A stretch of DNA of 64,000 nt from Mobula hypostoma (GCF_963921235.1 NC_086097.1:140926001-140990000), one strand, 5' to 3'. Positions 12,063 to 23,512 are shown, counted from the first letter of the stretch. The notes: generated from the sequence alone by a model not told the origin. A program made the numbers and translations.

Positions 12063-14330
12063 TAACACAAAATACCCTGCAGATGCTGGGGTCAAAGTAA
12101 CACTCACAACACGCTGGAGAAACTCAGAGGTCGGGCAATATCCGTGGAAACGACCAATCAACGTTTCGGGCCGGAACCCTTCGTCAGGACTGAAGAGGGA
12201 AGGGGCAGAGGCCCTATAAGGATGGTGGGGGGAGGGTGGAAAGGAGAAGGCTGGTAGATTCCAGGTGAAAAACCAGAAAGGGGAAAGATAAAGGGGTGGG
12301 GAAGGGGAAGCAAGGAGGGGGTAGGCAGGAAAGGTGAAGAAGGAATAGGGGAAGGCACAATGGGTATTAGGAGGTGGAACCATGAGGGAGGTGATAGGCA
12401 GCTGGGGGAGGGGGCAGAGTGAAATAGGGATAGGGGTAGGGAGGGGGAGGGAATTACCGGAAGTTGGAGAATTCTATTTTCATACCAAGGGGCTAGAGAC
12501 TACCTAGACGGTATGTGAGGTGTTGCTCCTCCAACCTGAGTTTAGCCTTATCATGGCAGTAGAGGAGGCCGTGTACGTACATATCGGAATGAAAATGGGA
12601 AGCAGAGTTGAAGTGGGTGGCTACCGGGAGATTCTGTCTGTTGCGGCGGACGGAGCGGAGGTGCTCGAAGAAGCACTCCCTCAATCTGCATAGATGACCC
12701 CAACAGACTCACAAGTGAAGTGTTGCCTCCCCTGGAAAGACTGTTTGGGGCCCTGAATGGTGGCAAGAGAGGAGGTGTAGGGACAGGTGCAGCACTTACG
12801 CTTACAAGGATAAGTGTCGGGTGGGGAATCCGTGTGGATCAGGGAGTCGTGGAGGGAACGATCCCCGGTGAAAGCGGAGTGGGGTGGAGATGGAAAGATG
12901 TGCTTAGTGGTGGGGTCCTGTTGAAGGTGGCGGAAGCTGTGGAGGATAATGTGCTGGATCCGGAGGCTGGTGGGGTGGCAGGTGAGGACAATGGGATCTC
13001 TGCCCCTGTTGTGATGGCGGGAGGATGGGGTGAGAGCCGAAGTACAGGAAATGGAGGAGATGCGGGTGAGGGCATCATTGATGACAGTAGAAGGGAAATC
13101 ATGATCCTTAAAGAAAGAGGACATTTGAGATGTCCTGGAACAGAAAGCCTTATCCTTGGAGCAGATGCGGCGAAGATGGAGGAACTGGGAATAGGGAATG
13201 GCATTTTTTTGCATGTGCCGGGGTCGGAAGGGGTATAGTAGAGGTAGTTATGAGAGTCAGTGGGCTTGGAGAAGATGTCAGTGGACAGTCTGTCTCCAGA
13301 GATGGAGACCGAGAGATCGAGAAAGGGGAGGGAAGTGTCCGAGATAGTCTAAGTGAATTTGAGGGCTGTGTGGAAGTTTGAAGTAAAGTCGATGAAATTG
13401 ACGAGCTCAGCATGGGTGCAGGAAGCAGCACCGATATAGTTGTCAATGTAGCGAAGGAAAAGTTGGGGAGCAGTACCAGAATAGGTTTGGAGCACAGACT
13501 GTTCCACATAACCAACGAAGCGGCAGGCAGAGCTGGGGCCCATGCGAGGTCCCATAGCTACACCCTTAGTCTGAAGAAAGTGGGAAGAGCCAAAAGAGAA
13601 GTTATTAAGTGTGAGAACCAGTTCTGCCAACCAGAGGATGGTAGTGGTGGTGGGGAACTAGTGAGGTCCATTGTCCAGAAAGTAGCGGCGGGCTTTGAGG
13701 TCTTCTTGATGGGAATGGAAGTGTATAAAGATTGGACATCCATAGTGAAAATGAAGCGGTTCGGACGGGGGAACTGGAAATTATTGAAGAGCTGGAGGGC
13801 ATAGGATGTATCCCGGATGTAGGTGGGGAGGGACTGAACTATGGTCGACAAAATGGAGTCCAGGTAGGCAGATACAAGTTCAGTGGGACAGGAGCAGGCA
13901 GAAACTATGGGTCTACCGGGACAGTCAGTCTTGTGGATCTTGGGGAGGAGGTAAAACCGAGCGGTATGGGGCGTGGGAATTATGAGTTTAGCGGCTGAGG
14001 ATGGAATGTCTCCGGAGTTGACAAGGGCGGTGATGGTACGGGAGACAATGGTTTGATGTTTTTTGGTGGGGTCCTGTTCCAGGCATAAGTAAGAGGAGGT
14101 GTCAGAGAGGTGCCGTTTGGCCTCAGTAAGGCAGAGCTCCGTCCGCCAGACTACTACGACACCACCTTTGTCAGCCGATTTGATGGTGAGGTTGGGATTA
14201 GTGCGGAGAGAGCAGAGGGTAGTGCGTTCATAGGGGGTGAAGTTGGAACAGGAGATAGGAGTGGTGAAGTTGGGACGGTTGATGTCTCGGCGACATCTCG
14301 GCGATGTCTGGGGTGTGTTGAGGTGAGTTT
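12063..14330 (-). mobile_element. Penelope-like retroelement (RT, Cys-rich linker, GIY-YIG endonuclease, 3' pseudo-LTR), inserted in an old CR1 endonuclease remnant
   Basis: Minus-strand ORFs give MDVQSLYTSIP, GVAMGPRMGP, RYID and IPYSQFLHLRRICS, then CKRKCCTC..FTCESVGVIY, then EHLRSV..VATHFN..EQHLTYRLG. The pLTR carries a hammerhead motif. Confidence 0.9.
12155..12192 (-). ncRNA. Minimal type I hammerhead ribozyme motif in the Penelope pseudo-LTR
   Basis: Minus strand: CAGUC-CUGACGA-A-GGGU(UCCG)GCCC-GAAA-CG-UU^GAUUG. The core is intact, helix I is CAGUC/GAUUG, helix II has 4 bp, and helix III is the palindrome AACGUU. Confidence 0.7.
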
Positions 14331-14564
14331 TTTTTTGACACGGTTTGTGGATGGACCAATGATGGATGGAAAATTATGTAACCACACCTTTGGAAATGTA
14401 GCTGGTCATGTGGAAAAAGTGTGAATGGAAGATCATTTCTGAGATAGTGACAACAACCCATATCACTTACAGTGATTGTAGAAAAGGCTAGGGATTGGCC
14501 AGTTTTAAGATGATACTGGTGTAAGGCCAGTTTCATTAACATAAAGCAAGACATAGCAAATGTA

Positions 14565-15187
14565 GTTTCGAGTACAGGAGCAGGGAGATTCTACTGCAGT
14601 TATACAAGGCCTTGGTGAGACCACACCTGGAGTATTGTTTGCAGTTTTGGTCCTTTAATCTGCGGAAAGACATTCTTGCCATAGAGGGAGTATAAAGGAG
14701 GTTCACCAAATTGATTTCTGGGATGGCAGGACTTTCATATGAAGAAAGATTTAATCAACTCGGCTTATACTCGCTGGAATTTAGAAGAGTGAGGGGGGAT
14801 CTTATTGAAACGTATAAAATTCTAAAGGGATTGGACAGGCTAGATGCAGGAAGATTGTTCCCGATGTTGGGGAAGTCTAGAACGAGGGGTCACAGTTTAA
14901 GGATAAAGGGGAAGCCTTTTAGGACCAAGATGAGGAAAAATTTCTTCATACAGAGCGTGGTGAATGCGTGGAATTCTCTGCCACAGGAAACAGTTGAGGC
15001 CAGTTTATTGGCTATATTTAAGAGGGAATTAGATACGGCCCTTGTGACTAGAGGAATCAGGGGTTATGGAGAGAAGGCAGGTACAGGGTTCTGAGTTGGA
15101 TGATCAGCCATGATCATACTGAATGGCGGTGCAGGCTCGAAGAACCGAATGTCCTACTCCTGCACCTATTTTCTATGTTTCTATGTT
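14565..15187 (+). mobile_element. 5'-truncated CR1 LINE 3' portion
   Basis: ORF 14711..15094 and its tail match 870-1239 plus 3472-3732. Confidence 0.88.
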
Positions 15188-15609
15188 TTTAACTGGAAAG
15201 ATTGAATAGGTTAGGACTTTATTCCTTGGAACATAGAATGTGGAGCGGAGATTTGAAAGACTATACAAAATTATGAAGGGTATAGATTGGCTTTTCCCAC
15301 TGAGGTTGGGTGTGTTTACAACTAGAGGTGATTGGTTAAGAGTTAAAGGTTAAAAGTTTAAGAGGAACATGAAGGGAAACTTTTTTCACTCAGAGATTCA
15401 TTGGGGAGTGGAACGAACTGCCAGCGCTACTGGTACATGTGAGCTCGATTTCGACGTCCCATCAGAGAGACGTTTGGCAGCACTGTGGACACTGCGAGGC
15501 ACATTAATATCAATGACAGTGAGGTAGGAAATAAGCTGAGAGGGTGAGACAGGGTGAGGGGAAACTCAGCGCTTCCATCAGGGCCAAGTTAGAGAGCAGT
15601 CTATACACT

Positions 15610-15850
15610 GAGTAACATGGCGAAACCGCAGAGGTCACTATTTCATTCGGAGTTTGAGGAGATGTAATGTGTCAGCAGAGACTCCTGCAGTACTTTTACA
15701 GATATACCACGGAGAATATGCAGCCTGTTTAGAGCCTGCAATACAAGAGGTGTACAGGGTTGTCGACTCAATCAGCTCCCTCACGGGCACAACCATCCCC
15801 GCCATCGAAGGCATTTTAAGAGACTCTGCTTCAACAGGGCGCAGAGCTGA
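15610..15850 (+). mobile_element. Rex1-like LINE C-terminal remnant (paralog at about 55495-55880)
   Basis: Degenerate reading ..FIRSLRRCNVS..RVVDSISSLTGTTIPAIEGI.., the same C-terminal motif pattern as ORF 36631..37143. Confidence 0.6.
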
Positions 15851-16240
15851 ACAAACAAACGTTGACATGAAGGCGGCGCTCCGGATCCAGTGCCCACGCA
15901 AACGAGAAAGTTGAGGAGATCATTCTGAGAGGTTTCGGCAAGAGACAGGAGGGTTTTACTGACAGTGGGGATCTAGGAGGTGGAACGAGATTGGTAAACA
16001 CCAGAGCATAACGTTGGTAGATATATTTCTGAAATTTCGACCGGACACTTTAAATCTGCATCGCTCCACTAATATTGCCTGGCTTGCTGACTGTTTCCAT
16101 AATTTCCTGGTCTTGTTTAGGATAAAGATTATTTTTAATCAGAATAAATTGTGCAAACAGGACCGAGGGGCCGAGTGACATTGAGGGATATTCAAGCCAA
16201 CCTCCCCAAATTATGAAAGGAAGAAATGAACTGTGGCAAG

Positions 16241-16407
16241 CCCCGCCCCTGGCAGCCATTCCCTAAGAAAGGCGGAGCTTCTAGCTTCATGCAAATAAGT
16301 GATTCGGACAAGGCGGGGTAGGAGCTGAGGCGGGTTCAGCCCCGACAACAAAAGCTGATAAACTGCACTTCCTCTCAGATTCCAAACACTGACTCGGCAC
16401 AAGAAGC
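16241..16407 (+). promoter_or_regulatory. TATA-less V-gene promoter with GC box, GATA and Ets-like motifs
   Basis: CCCCGCCCC at 16241-16249, TGATAA at 16356-16361 and CACTTCCTC just downstream. The GC box and GATA motif are conserved in the paralog at 56381 and 56496. Motif function is inferred. Confidence 0.5.
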
Positions 16408-16831
16408 ATGTGGCAGGGTCCCTGGTTCGTGGTGCTGCTTTTCAGCTGTGCGTTACCAACACCTCTTCAACTTTTATCGCCTCTCCCCGCCGCGCAGATT
16501 CTTTTACCGTTTGTGCTCTTTTTGCAGGTAGAAGCGTGGCTCAGACCCTGACCCAACCCAGAGCATCGATTACTGCACCTGTCGGGAAAGCTGTGAGCGT
16601 TCGGTGTCAAGTGAAAGACATCTCCGTCAGCAGCAATGATCCCCTTCACTGGTACCAACAGAAACCCGGCAAACCGCTCCAAAGGATACTCTATTATGGA
16701 GATAGCGTAACGCGGGATTCGGAATTCGGAAAATCCTTCAGCGCGGGAAAATCATCAGATTCCAAATTCTATCTCACAATCGAAGTTAACGCTGAAAGCG
16801 CTGCCACCTATTACTGCGCCTACTGGGTTAA
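16408..16831 (+). CDS. TRGV: T-cell receptor gamma V segment, subgroup a, apparently functional
   Basis: Leader exon 16408-16447, GTGCGT..TTGCAG intron, V exon 16528-16831. Spliced: MWQGPWFVVLLFSCRSVA-QTLTQPRASIT..RCQV..LHWYQQKPGKP..YYCAYWV, followed by an RSS. The gamma assignment rests on the HWY and YYCAxW motifs. Confidence 0.9.
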
Positions 16832-16869
16832 CACAGTATGTAATAGATAACAAGCTCAGCACAAAAACC
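16832..16869 (+). other. Recombination signal sequence, 23-type with a 22-nt spacer
   Basis: CACAGTA (16832-16838), 22 nt, ACAAAAACC (16861-16869). Confidence 0.9.
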
Positions 16870-17339
16870 TCGACGAGCAGCCAGTCAAAGGGAACCGCCG
16901 ATCCGGACGCTGCAGCTTACCTATATCTGCCGGGCAGGAGTTGTGCTCTGCTCAAGAGGCAGGGAGAGAAGCTGACGCTCCTGAAGTGTCCCCAATTCCA
17001 TTAGAAAGAAGGAAACTTTCCCGTTATAGTGACGAGGTTCCAGCCCATTCCTGACTCGCATATTGCAGGAAACGTGGGCCAAGTTCTTTGCTAGAGTGCA
17101 CTGAGCACGGAACATTGCAGGATCGTGCAGCACCGTCATGGGCATCGGACAGGTCGCAGGGAATAGAGTTTTGAATTTGTTCACGACTGAGAGAATTGGA
17201 TTCAGCAAACGCTTTGAGATAAGTCAATATCCCTAATGCAGTTATGAACACCTGCGGTGAAGAACCTGTTATGCCTTTAGGTGAGCTGCTTTCATTCAGT
17301 TACAGTATCAACTCATTAGGAGGAAAAATTACGATCCAC

Positions 17340-17617
17340 GAGACCGTCGCTGTTACAACTCAGGGTGTGGGAATTTAGAATTCTGTCTGCCGTCAGCCTG
17401 TAAGGAATCTCTGTAGGTCCTCCCCTGGAATACATGGGTTTTTCTCGCGAGCTCCGGTTTCCTCTCACTGCCCAAAGACATACCGAGTAGGTTAACTGAT
17501 CATCGTAAATTGTCCTGTGATTAGATTAGGGTTCATCGAGGTTGTCAGGAATCGCTGTGGCGGCGAGACGTGAAGGGCCGGAAGGGTATAATCTGCACTG
17601 TATCGCTAAATAAACAA
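17340..17617 (+). mobile_element. V-SINE/HE1-like tRNA-derived SINE (paralog at about 57465-57746)
   Basis: Core ..gggtttttctcgcgagctccggtttcctctcac.. and an A-rich (taaa)n-like end. This central domain is characteristic of elasmobranch V-SINEs. Confidence 0.6.
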
Positions 17618-18260
17618 GTGAAATTGCCTAGTGATGTCCTGTTCATATAAAGCCGGGCAAATCCAAACTGGTTATTTACAACACAAAACAGGGACTAAAG
17701 AACTGTCCTCTAGGGATGAGGTGAGAGTGACTGCTTTTGATAACTGGACAATATTTGGTTTACTGTAGCTCACAGGAGCCTGAGAAAAACTGAAGTCAAT
17801 GGGCATTAAGTGCTTCACTCCAAGAATCGCAAAGCAACGGCCGGTTTCAAGTTATTTTTCCTAGACCTGTGCATTTAATAAACTTTGCACCTTGTCACAA
17901 GTGTCCAGGCATTGTCAATCTTCAAAAAGGGTTTCCAATTAACTACCCTTGATATTCAATGACCGTAAATACAACTGGACCAGCCACCCAACACGTACAC
18001 CCGCAGAAAAAGAATCTCAAGGCTGTATATGGTGACATGTATGTATTCTGATGATAAATATTACTTTGAACTTTGAATGTGGTTGGATATTCTGGAGCAA
18101 GCAACACATTTTCTGATATTTCAAAGCCTCTCCATTTTCTGTGAAACAAATTAACGGTGTTAAGACATACTTTCTATTTATGTGTACAAGTTTGTCGCAA
18201 AGAACGTTAAAGACTCTCAACGCAATCCAAAACAAAGCAATTCCTTTCATTAACAGCAAC

Positions 18261-18674
18261 CGACTAGAATTTAGAAGATTGAGGGGGGATCTGATTGAAA
18301 CGTATAAGATCCTAAAGGGATTGGACAGGCTAGATGCAGGAAGATTGTTCCCGATGTTGGGGAAGTCCAGGACGAGGGGCCACAGTTTGAAGATAGAGGG
18401 GAAGCCTTTTAGGACCGAGATTAGGAAAAACTTCTTCACACAGAGAGTGGTGAATCCGTGGACTTCTCTGCCACAGGAAACAGTTGAGGCCAGTTCATTG
18501 GCTATATTTAAGAGTGAGTTAGATATGGCCCTTGTGGCTACAGGGGTCAGGGGGTATGGAGGGAAGGCTGGGGCGGGGTTCTGAGTTGGATGATCAGCCA
18601 TGATCATAATAAATGGCCGTGCAGTCTCGAAGGGCCGAATGGCCTACTCCTGCACCTATTTTCTATGTTTCTAT
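18261..18674 (+). mobile_element. 5'-truncated CR1 insertion present only in duplicate copy A
   Basis: ORF 18141..18584 switches into CR1 sequence at ..aacagcaacc|gactagaatt. The empty site is at about 58385-58400 (aacaacaaccacctgctccgaagattc). Confidence 0.88.
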
Positions 18675-18824
18675 CCTGAAGATTCATTCTTGTTACCAGC
18701 TACACTGAAAATTTGTAAGACATCCAGCCTGCTAAATGCAAGGCAATTTCGGACAGCACCTCTCAAACTCACTGTCTACAGTTCCAAGATTTTCTCAAAT
18801 AATATATAGATTTCCTCACCAAAG

Positions 18825-19062
18825 AGTGGGGCGCCATATACCGTAGTGGTGAGCACTGGGCTAATTACCGCCGCCGCCTGTAAGGAGTTTGTATTTTCTC
18901 CCCGTTCCTCTGGTTGCTCTGGTTCCCTCCCACATTCTAAAGACGTACTGGTTGGTAGGTTACTTGGTCATTGTAAATTGTCCCGTGATTAGCACAGGAT
19001 TAAATCGGGGATTGCTCAAAGTGCCAGAAGGGCCTGTTCCGTGCTATATCTCAAAAAATAAA
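18825..19062 (+). mobile_element. V-SINE/HE1-like SINE (paralog at about 58632-58880)
   Basis: ggggcgcc..gtagtggtgagcac.. A-box-like start, ggagtttgtattttctccccg..ctcccacattctaaagacgt core and an A-rich end. Confidence 0.65.
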
Positions 19063-19994
19063 TTAAAAAGAGAGGAAACGCTTGATCTGTTGTTGAAAAA
19101 TTGGGCGGAGCAAGTGACCTTTGGGAGAGGGGCACACTGCGATCACTGACTAGCAGTCTTTCTATGAATTTAGAAAAAGATAGGACTGGCCATCAGGTTA
19201 AAGTCCTAGATTGGTGAAAGTCTAATTTTGAAGGCATTAGACAGGATTCCGCAAAAGTTGATTGGGAGAAGCTGTTTGCAGGTAAGCGGGGTGGCAGGCG
19301 CCCGAAAGTGTGATACAGAGAGTTCAGAGACAGCATAAGACCATAAGACATAGGAGCAGAATTAAGGAATTTGGCCCATCGAGTCTGTCCCCCATTCCAT
19401 CATCGCTGATTGTTACCCCCTCTCAATGCCATTCTCCTGATTTCTCCCCGTAACCTTTGATACCCTTAGTAATCAAGAGCTTACCTGATTTGAGTGTAGC
19501 ATGTTAGATTGAAGGCCGGTGCTGGCAGGATTATGGAACCCTAGCTGATGAAGGATATTGAGGGTTTCTTCAAGGAAAAAGGAGAATATATGTCAAGTAT
19601 TGTCAGTTGGGATCAAGTGAATCCCCTGAGCCATATATAAGATATAGGTGTACACTTAAGAGGAAAATAAGGAGGACAACTACATCAGATCGTTTTGGCA
19701 GAAAAAGCAAAGGGGAGTCCTAAGATGTTTTATAAGAATATCAAAAGTAAAAAGGTAACCAGAACGATTGTGGAATCACAGGAGCTAGGGCAGGAACTTT
19801 AATGAATATTTCTTATCTGCATTTACTGTAGGAAACACAAGGAAAGCTAAGAAATTCATGGTAGAGGATATGGTGAACTTGAACTATATCGACATTACAA
19901 AAGGGAAGGTGCTGACAGTGTTAAAATCCATCAAGGTGGATACAGTACCAGGGCTAGACCAAGTTCATTCTATGACACCGTGGACAGGCGGGGA

Positions 19995-20258
19995 GAGGCA
20001 GGGTAGCGTAGTAGTTAGCACAACGCTTTACAGTACGTCTGGTCCGCGTTCAATTTCCACCAATGCCTGTAAGCAGTTTGTACGCTCTCCGGGTGCTCCG
20101 CTTTCCTCCCACATTCCAAAGATCTACTGCTGGTGGGGAAATTGGCCGATGGAATTCTCCTGTGATGAGGCTAAGAATAAATTGGGGTTTGCTAAGCGAC
20201 GTGGCCTGAAGGGCTGGAAGGGCCTGTTCCCCGTTAGATCTCAATAAATAAATACATA
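19995..20258 (+). mobile_element. V-SINE/HE1-like SINE (paralog at about 59995-60243)
   Basis: ggcagggtagcgtagtagttagc start, gggtgctccgctttcctcccacattccaaaga core and a (aataa)n end. Confidence 0.65.
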
Positions 20259-20292
20259 AGCAAATTTTTGGGAACCTGGCGGAGATATATCT

Positions 20293-23200
20293 GGATTGCT
20301 GCCAGTGCTACGTGACAGAGATGGTAAGAATTGGAGGAGATGGCAGTTGAATGCGTGGCTGAGGAGTTGGTGCAGGGAGCAGGGTTTTAGATTTTTAGAT
20401 CATTGGGATCTCTTCTGGAGAAGGTGGGACCTGTACAGATTGGATGGGTTGCACCTGAACTCTAGGGGGAGCAATATCCTTGCAGGTAGGTTTGCTAGCA
20501 TGGTTCGGGAGGGTTTAAACTAATTTGCGAGGGGGATGGGACCCAGAGCGATAGAGCAGTGAAAGAAGTGCATGGAGTAAAGCCAGATCTAACAGAGAGG
20601 CTTTGAGGAAAGAGAAGCAGAATAAACGGTGTAAAGACAGTAAGGTAGAGTGCTGGAATGTGTGTACCTCAATGCAAGAAGCAGCAGGAACAAAGGTGAT
20701 GAACTGAGAGCTTGGATACATACATGGAATTATGATGTAGTGGCCATTACAGAGACTTGGCTGGCACCAGGGCAGGAATGGATTCTCAATATTCCTGGAT
20801 TTCAGTGCTTTAAAAGGGATAGAGAGGGCGGAAAAAGGGGAGGAGGGGTGGCATTACTGGTCAGGGATACTATTACAGCTACAAAAAGGGTGGGTAATGT
20901 AGCGGGATCCTCCCTTGAGTCAATATGGGTGGAAGTCAGGAACAGGAAGGGAGCAGTTACTCTACTGGGGGTATTCTATAGGCCCCCTGGTAGCAGCAGA
21001 GATACAGAGGAGCAGATTGGGAGGCAGATTTTGGAAAGGTGCTAAAATAACAGGGTTGTTATCATGGGTGTCTTTAACTTCCCTAATATTGATTGGCACC
21101 TGATTAGTTCCAAGGGTTTAGATGGGGCAGAATTTGTTAAGTGTGTCCAGGATGGATTCCTGTCACAGTATGTGGAATGCCATACTAGATCTAGTACTAG
21201 GTAATGAACCGGGTCAGGTCACAGATCTCTCAGTGGGTGAGCATCTGGGGGACAGTGACCACCGCTTCCTGGCCTTTATAATTACCATGGAAAACGATAG
21301 AATTAAAGAGGACAGGAAAATTTTTAATTGGGGAAAGGCAAATTATGAGACTATAAGGCTAGAACTTGCGGGAATTGGAATGATGTTTTTGCGGGGAAAT
21401 GTACTATGGACATGTGGTCAATGTTTAGAGATCTCTTGCAGGATGTAAGGGATAAATTTGTCCCCGTGAGGAAGATAAAGAATGGTAGGGTGAAGGAACC
21501 ATGGGTAACAAGTGAGGTGGAAAATCTAATCAGGAGGAAGAAGGCAGCATACATGAGGTTTAGGAAGCATGGATCAGCTGGGTCTATTGAGGAATATAGG
21601 GAAGCAAGAAAGGAGCTTAAGAAGGGGCTGAGAAGAGCAAGAGGGGGCATGAGAAGGCCTTGGCGAGTAGTGTAAAGGAAAACTCCAAGGCATTCTTCAA
21701 TTATGTGAAGAAAAAAAGGATGAGAGGAGTGAAGGTAGGGCCGATTAGAGATAAAGGTGGGAAGATGTTCCTGGAGGCTGTGGAAGTGAGCGAGGTCCTC
21801 AATGAATACTTCTCTTCGGTATTCACCAATGAGAGGGAACTTGATGATGGTGAGGACAATATGAATTAGTTTGATGTTCTGGAGCATGCTGATATTAAGG
21901 GAGAGGAGGTGTTGGAGTTAGTGTAGGACAGATAAGTCCCCGGGGCCTGACGGAATATTCCCCAGGCTGCTCCACGAGGCGAGAGAAGAGATTGTTGAGC
22001 CTCTGGCTAGGATCTTTATGTCCTCGTTGTCCACGGGAATGGTACTGGAGGATTGGAGGGAGGCGAATGTTGTTCCCTTGTTCAAAAAACGTAGTACGGA
22101 TAGTCCCGGTAATTATAGTCCAGTGAGCCTTACGTCTGTGGTGGGAAAGCTGTTGGAAAAGATTCTTAGAGATAGGATCTACAGGCATTTAGAGAATCAT
22201 GGTCTGATCAGGGACAGTCAGCATGGCTTTGTGAAGGGCAGATCGTGTCTAACAAGCCTGATAGAGTTCTTTCAGGCGGTGACCAGGGATATAGATTAGG
22301 GTAGTGCAATAAGTGTGATCTATTTGGATTTTAGTAAGGCATTTCACAAGGTTCCACACGGTAGGCTTATTCAGAAAGTTAGAAGGCATGGGATCCAGGG
22401 AAGTTTGGCCAGGTGGATTCAGAATTGGCTTGCCTGCTGAAGGCAGAGGGTGGTGGTGGAGGGAGTACATTCAGATTGGAGGATTGTGACTAGTGGTGTC
22501 CCACAAGGATCTGTTCTGGGACCACTACTTTTCGTGATTTTCGTGACCTGGAAGTGGGGGTAGAAGGGTGGGTTGGCAAGTTTGCAGATGACACAAAGGT
22601 TGGTGGTGTTGTGGATACTGTAGAGGATTGTCAAAAATTGCAGAGAGACATTGATAGGATGCAGAAGTGGGCTGAGAAGTGGCAGATGGAGTTCAACCCA
22701 GAGAAGTGTGAGGTGGTACACTTTGGAAGGACAAACTCCAAGGCAGAGTACAAAGTAAATGGCAGGATACTTGGTAGTGTGGAGGAGCAGAGGGATCTCA
22801 GGGTACATGTCCACAGATCCCTGGAAGTTGCCTCACAGGTGGATAAGGTAGTTAAGAAAGCTTATGGGGTGTTAGCTTTCATAAGTCGAGGGATAGACTT
22901 TAAGAGTCGCGATGTAATGATGCAGCTCTATAAAACTTTGGTTAGGCCACACTTGGAGTATTGTGTCCAGTTCTGGTCACCTCACTATAGGAAGGATGTG
23001 GAAGCATTGGAAAGCGTACAGAGGAGATTTACCAGGATGCTGCCTGGTTTAGAAAGTATGCATTATGATCAGAGATTAAGGGAGCTAGGGCTTTACTCTT
23101 TGGTGAGAAGGAGGGTGAGAGGAGACATGATATAGGTGTACAAGATAATAAGAGGAATAGATAGAGTGGATAGCCAGCGCCTCTTCCCCAGGGCACCACT

Positions 23201-23477
23201 GCTCAATACAAGAGGACATGGCTTTAAGGTAAGGGGTTGGAAGTTCAACGGGGATATTAGAGGAAGGTTTTTTACTCAGAGAGTGGTTGGTGCGTGGAAT
23301 GCACTGCTGGAGTCAGTGGTGGAGGCAGATACACTAGTGAAGTTTAAGAGACTACTAGACAGGTATATGGAGGAAACTAAGGTGGGGGTTTATATGGGAG
23401 GCAGGGTTTGAGGTTCGGCACAACATTGTGGGCCGAAGGGCCTGTACTGTGCTGTACTATTCTATGTTCTATGGTCT
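20293..23477 (+). mobile_element. CR1 LINE, 5'-truncated inside ORF1, same subfamily as 6124-10291, present only in copy A
   Basis: Esterase end (..DGLHLNSRGSNILAGRFASMVREGLN*), fragmented APE and RT ORFs, and the tail ttctatgttctatg. The empty site gagatatttctataactg is at about 60263-60280. Confidence 0.93.
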
Positions 23478-23512
23478 ATAACTGTTAGCCACGGTCGAGG
23501 TAACAGAAGAGT

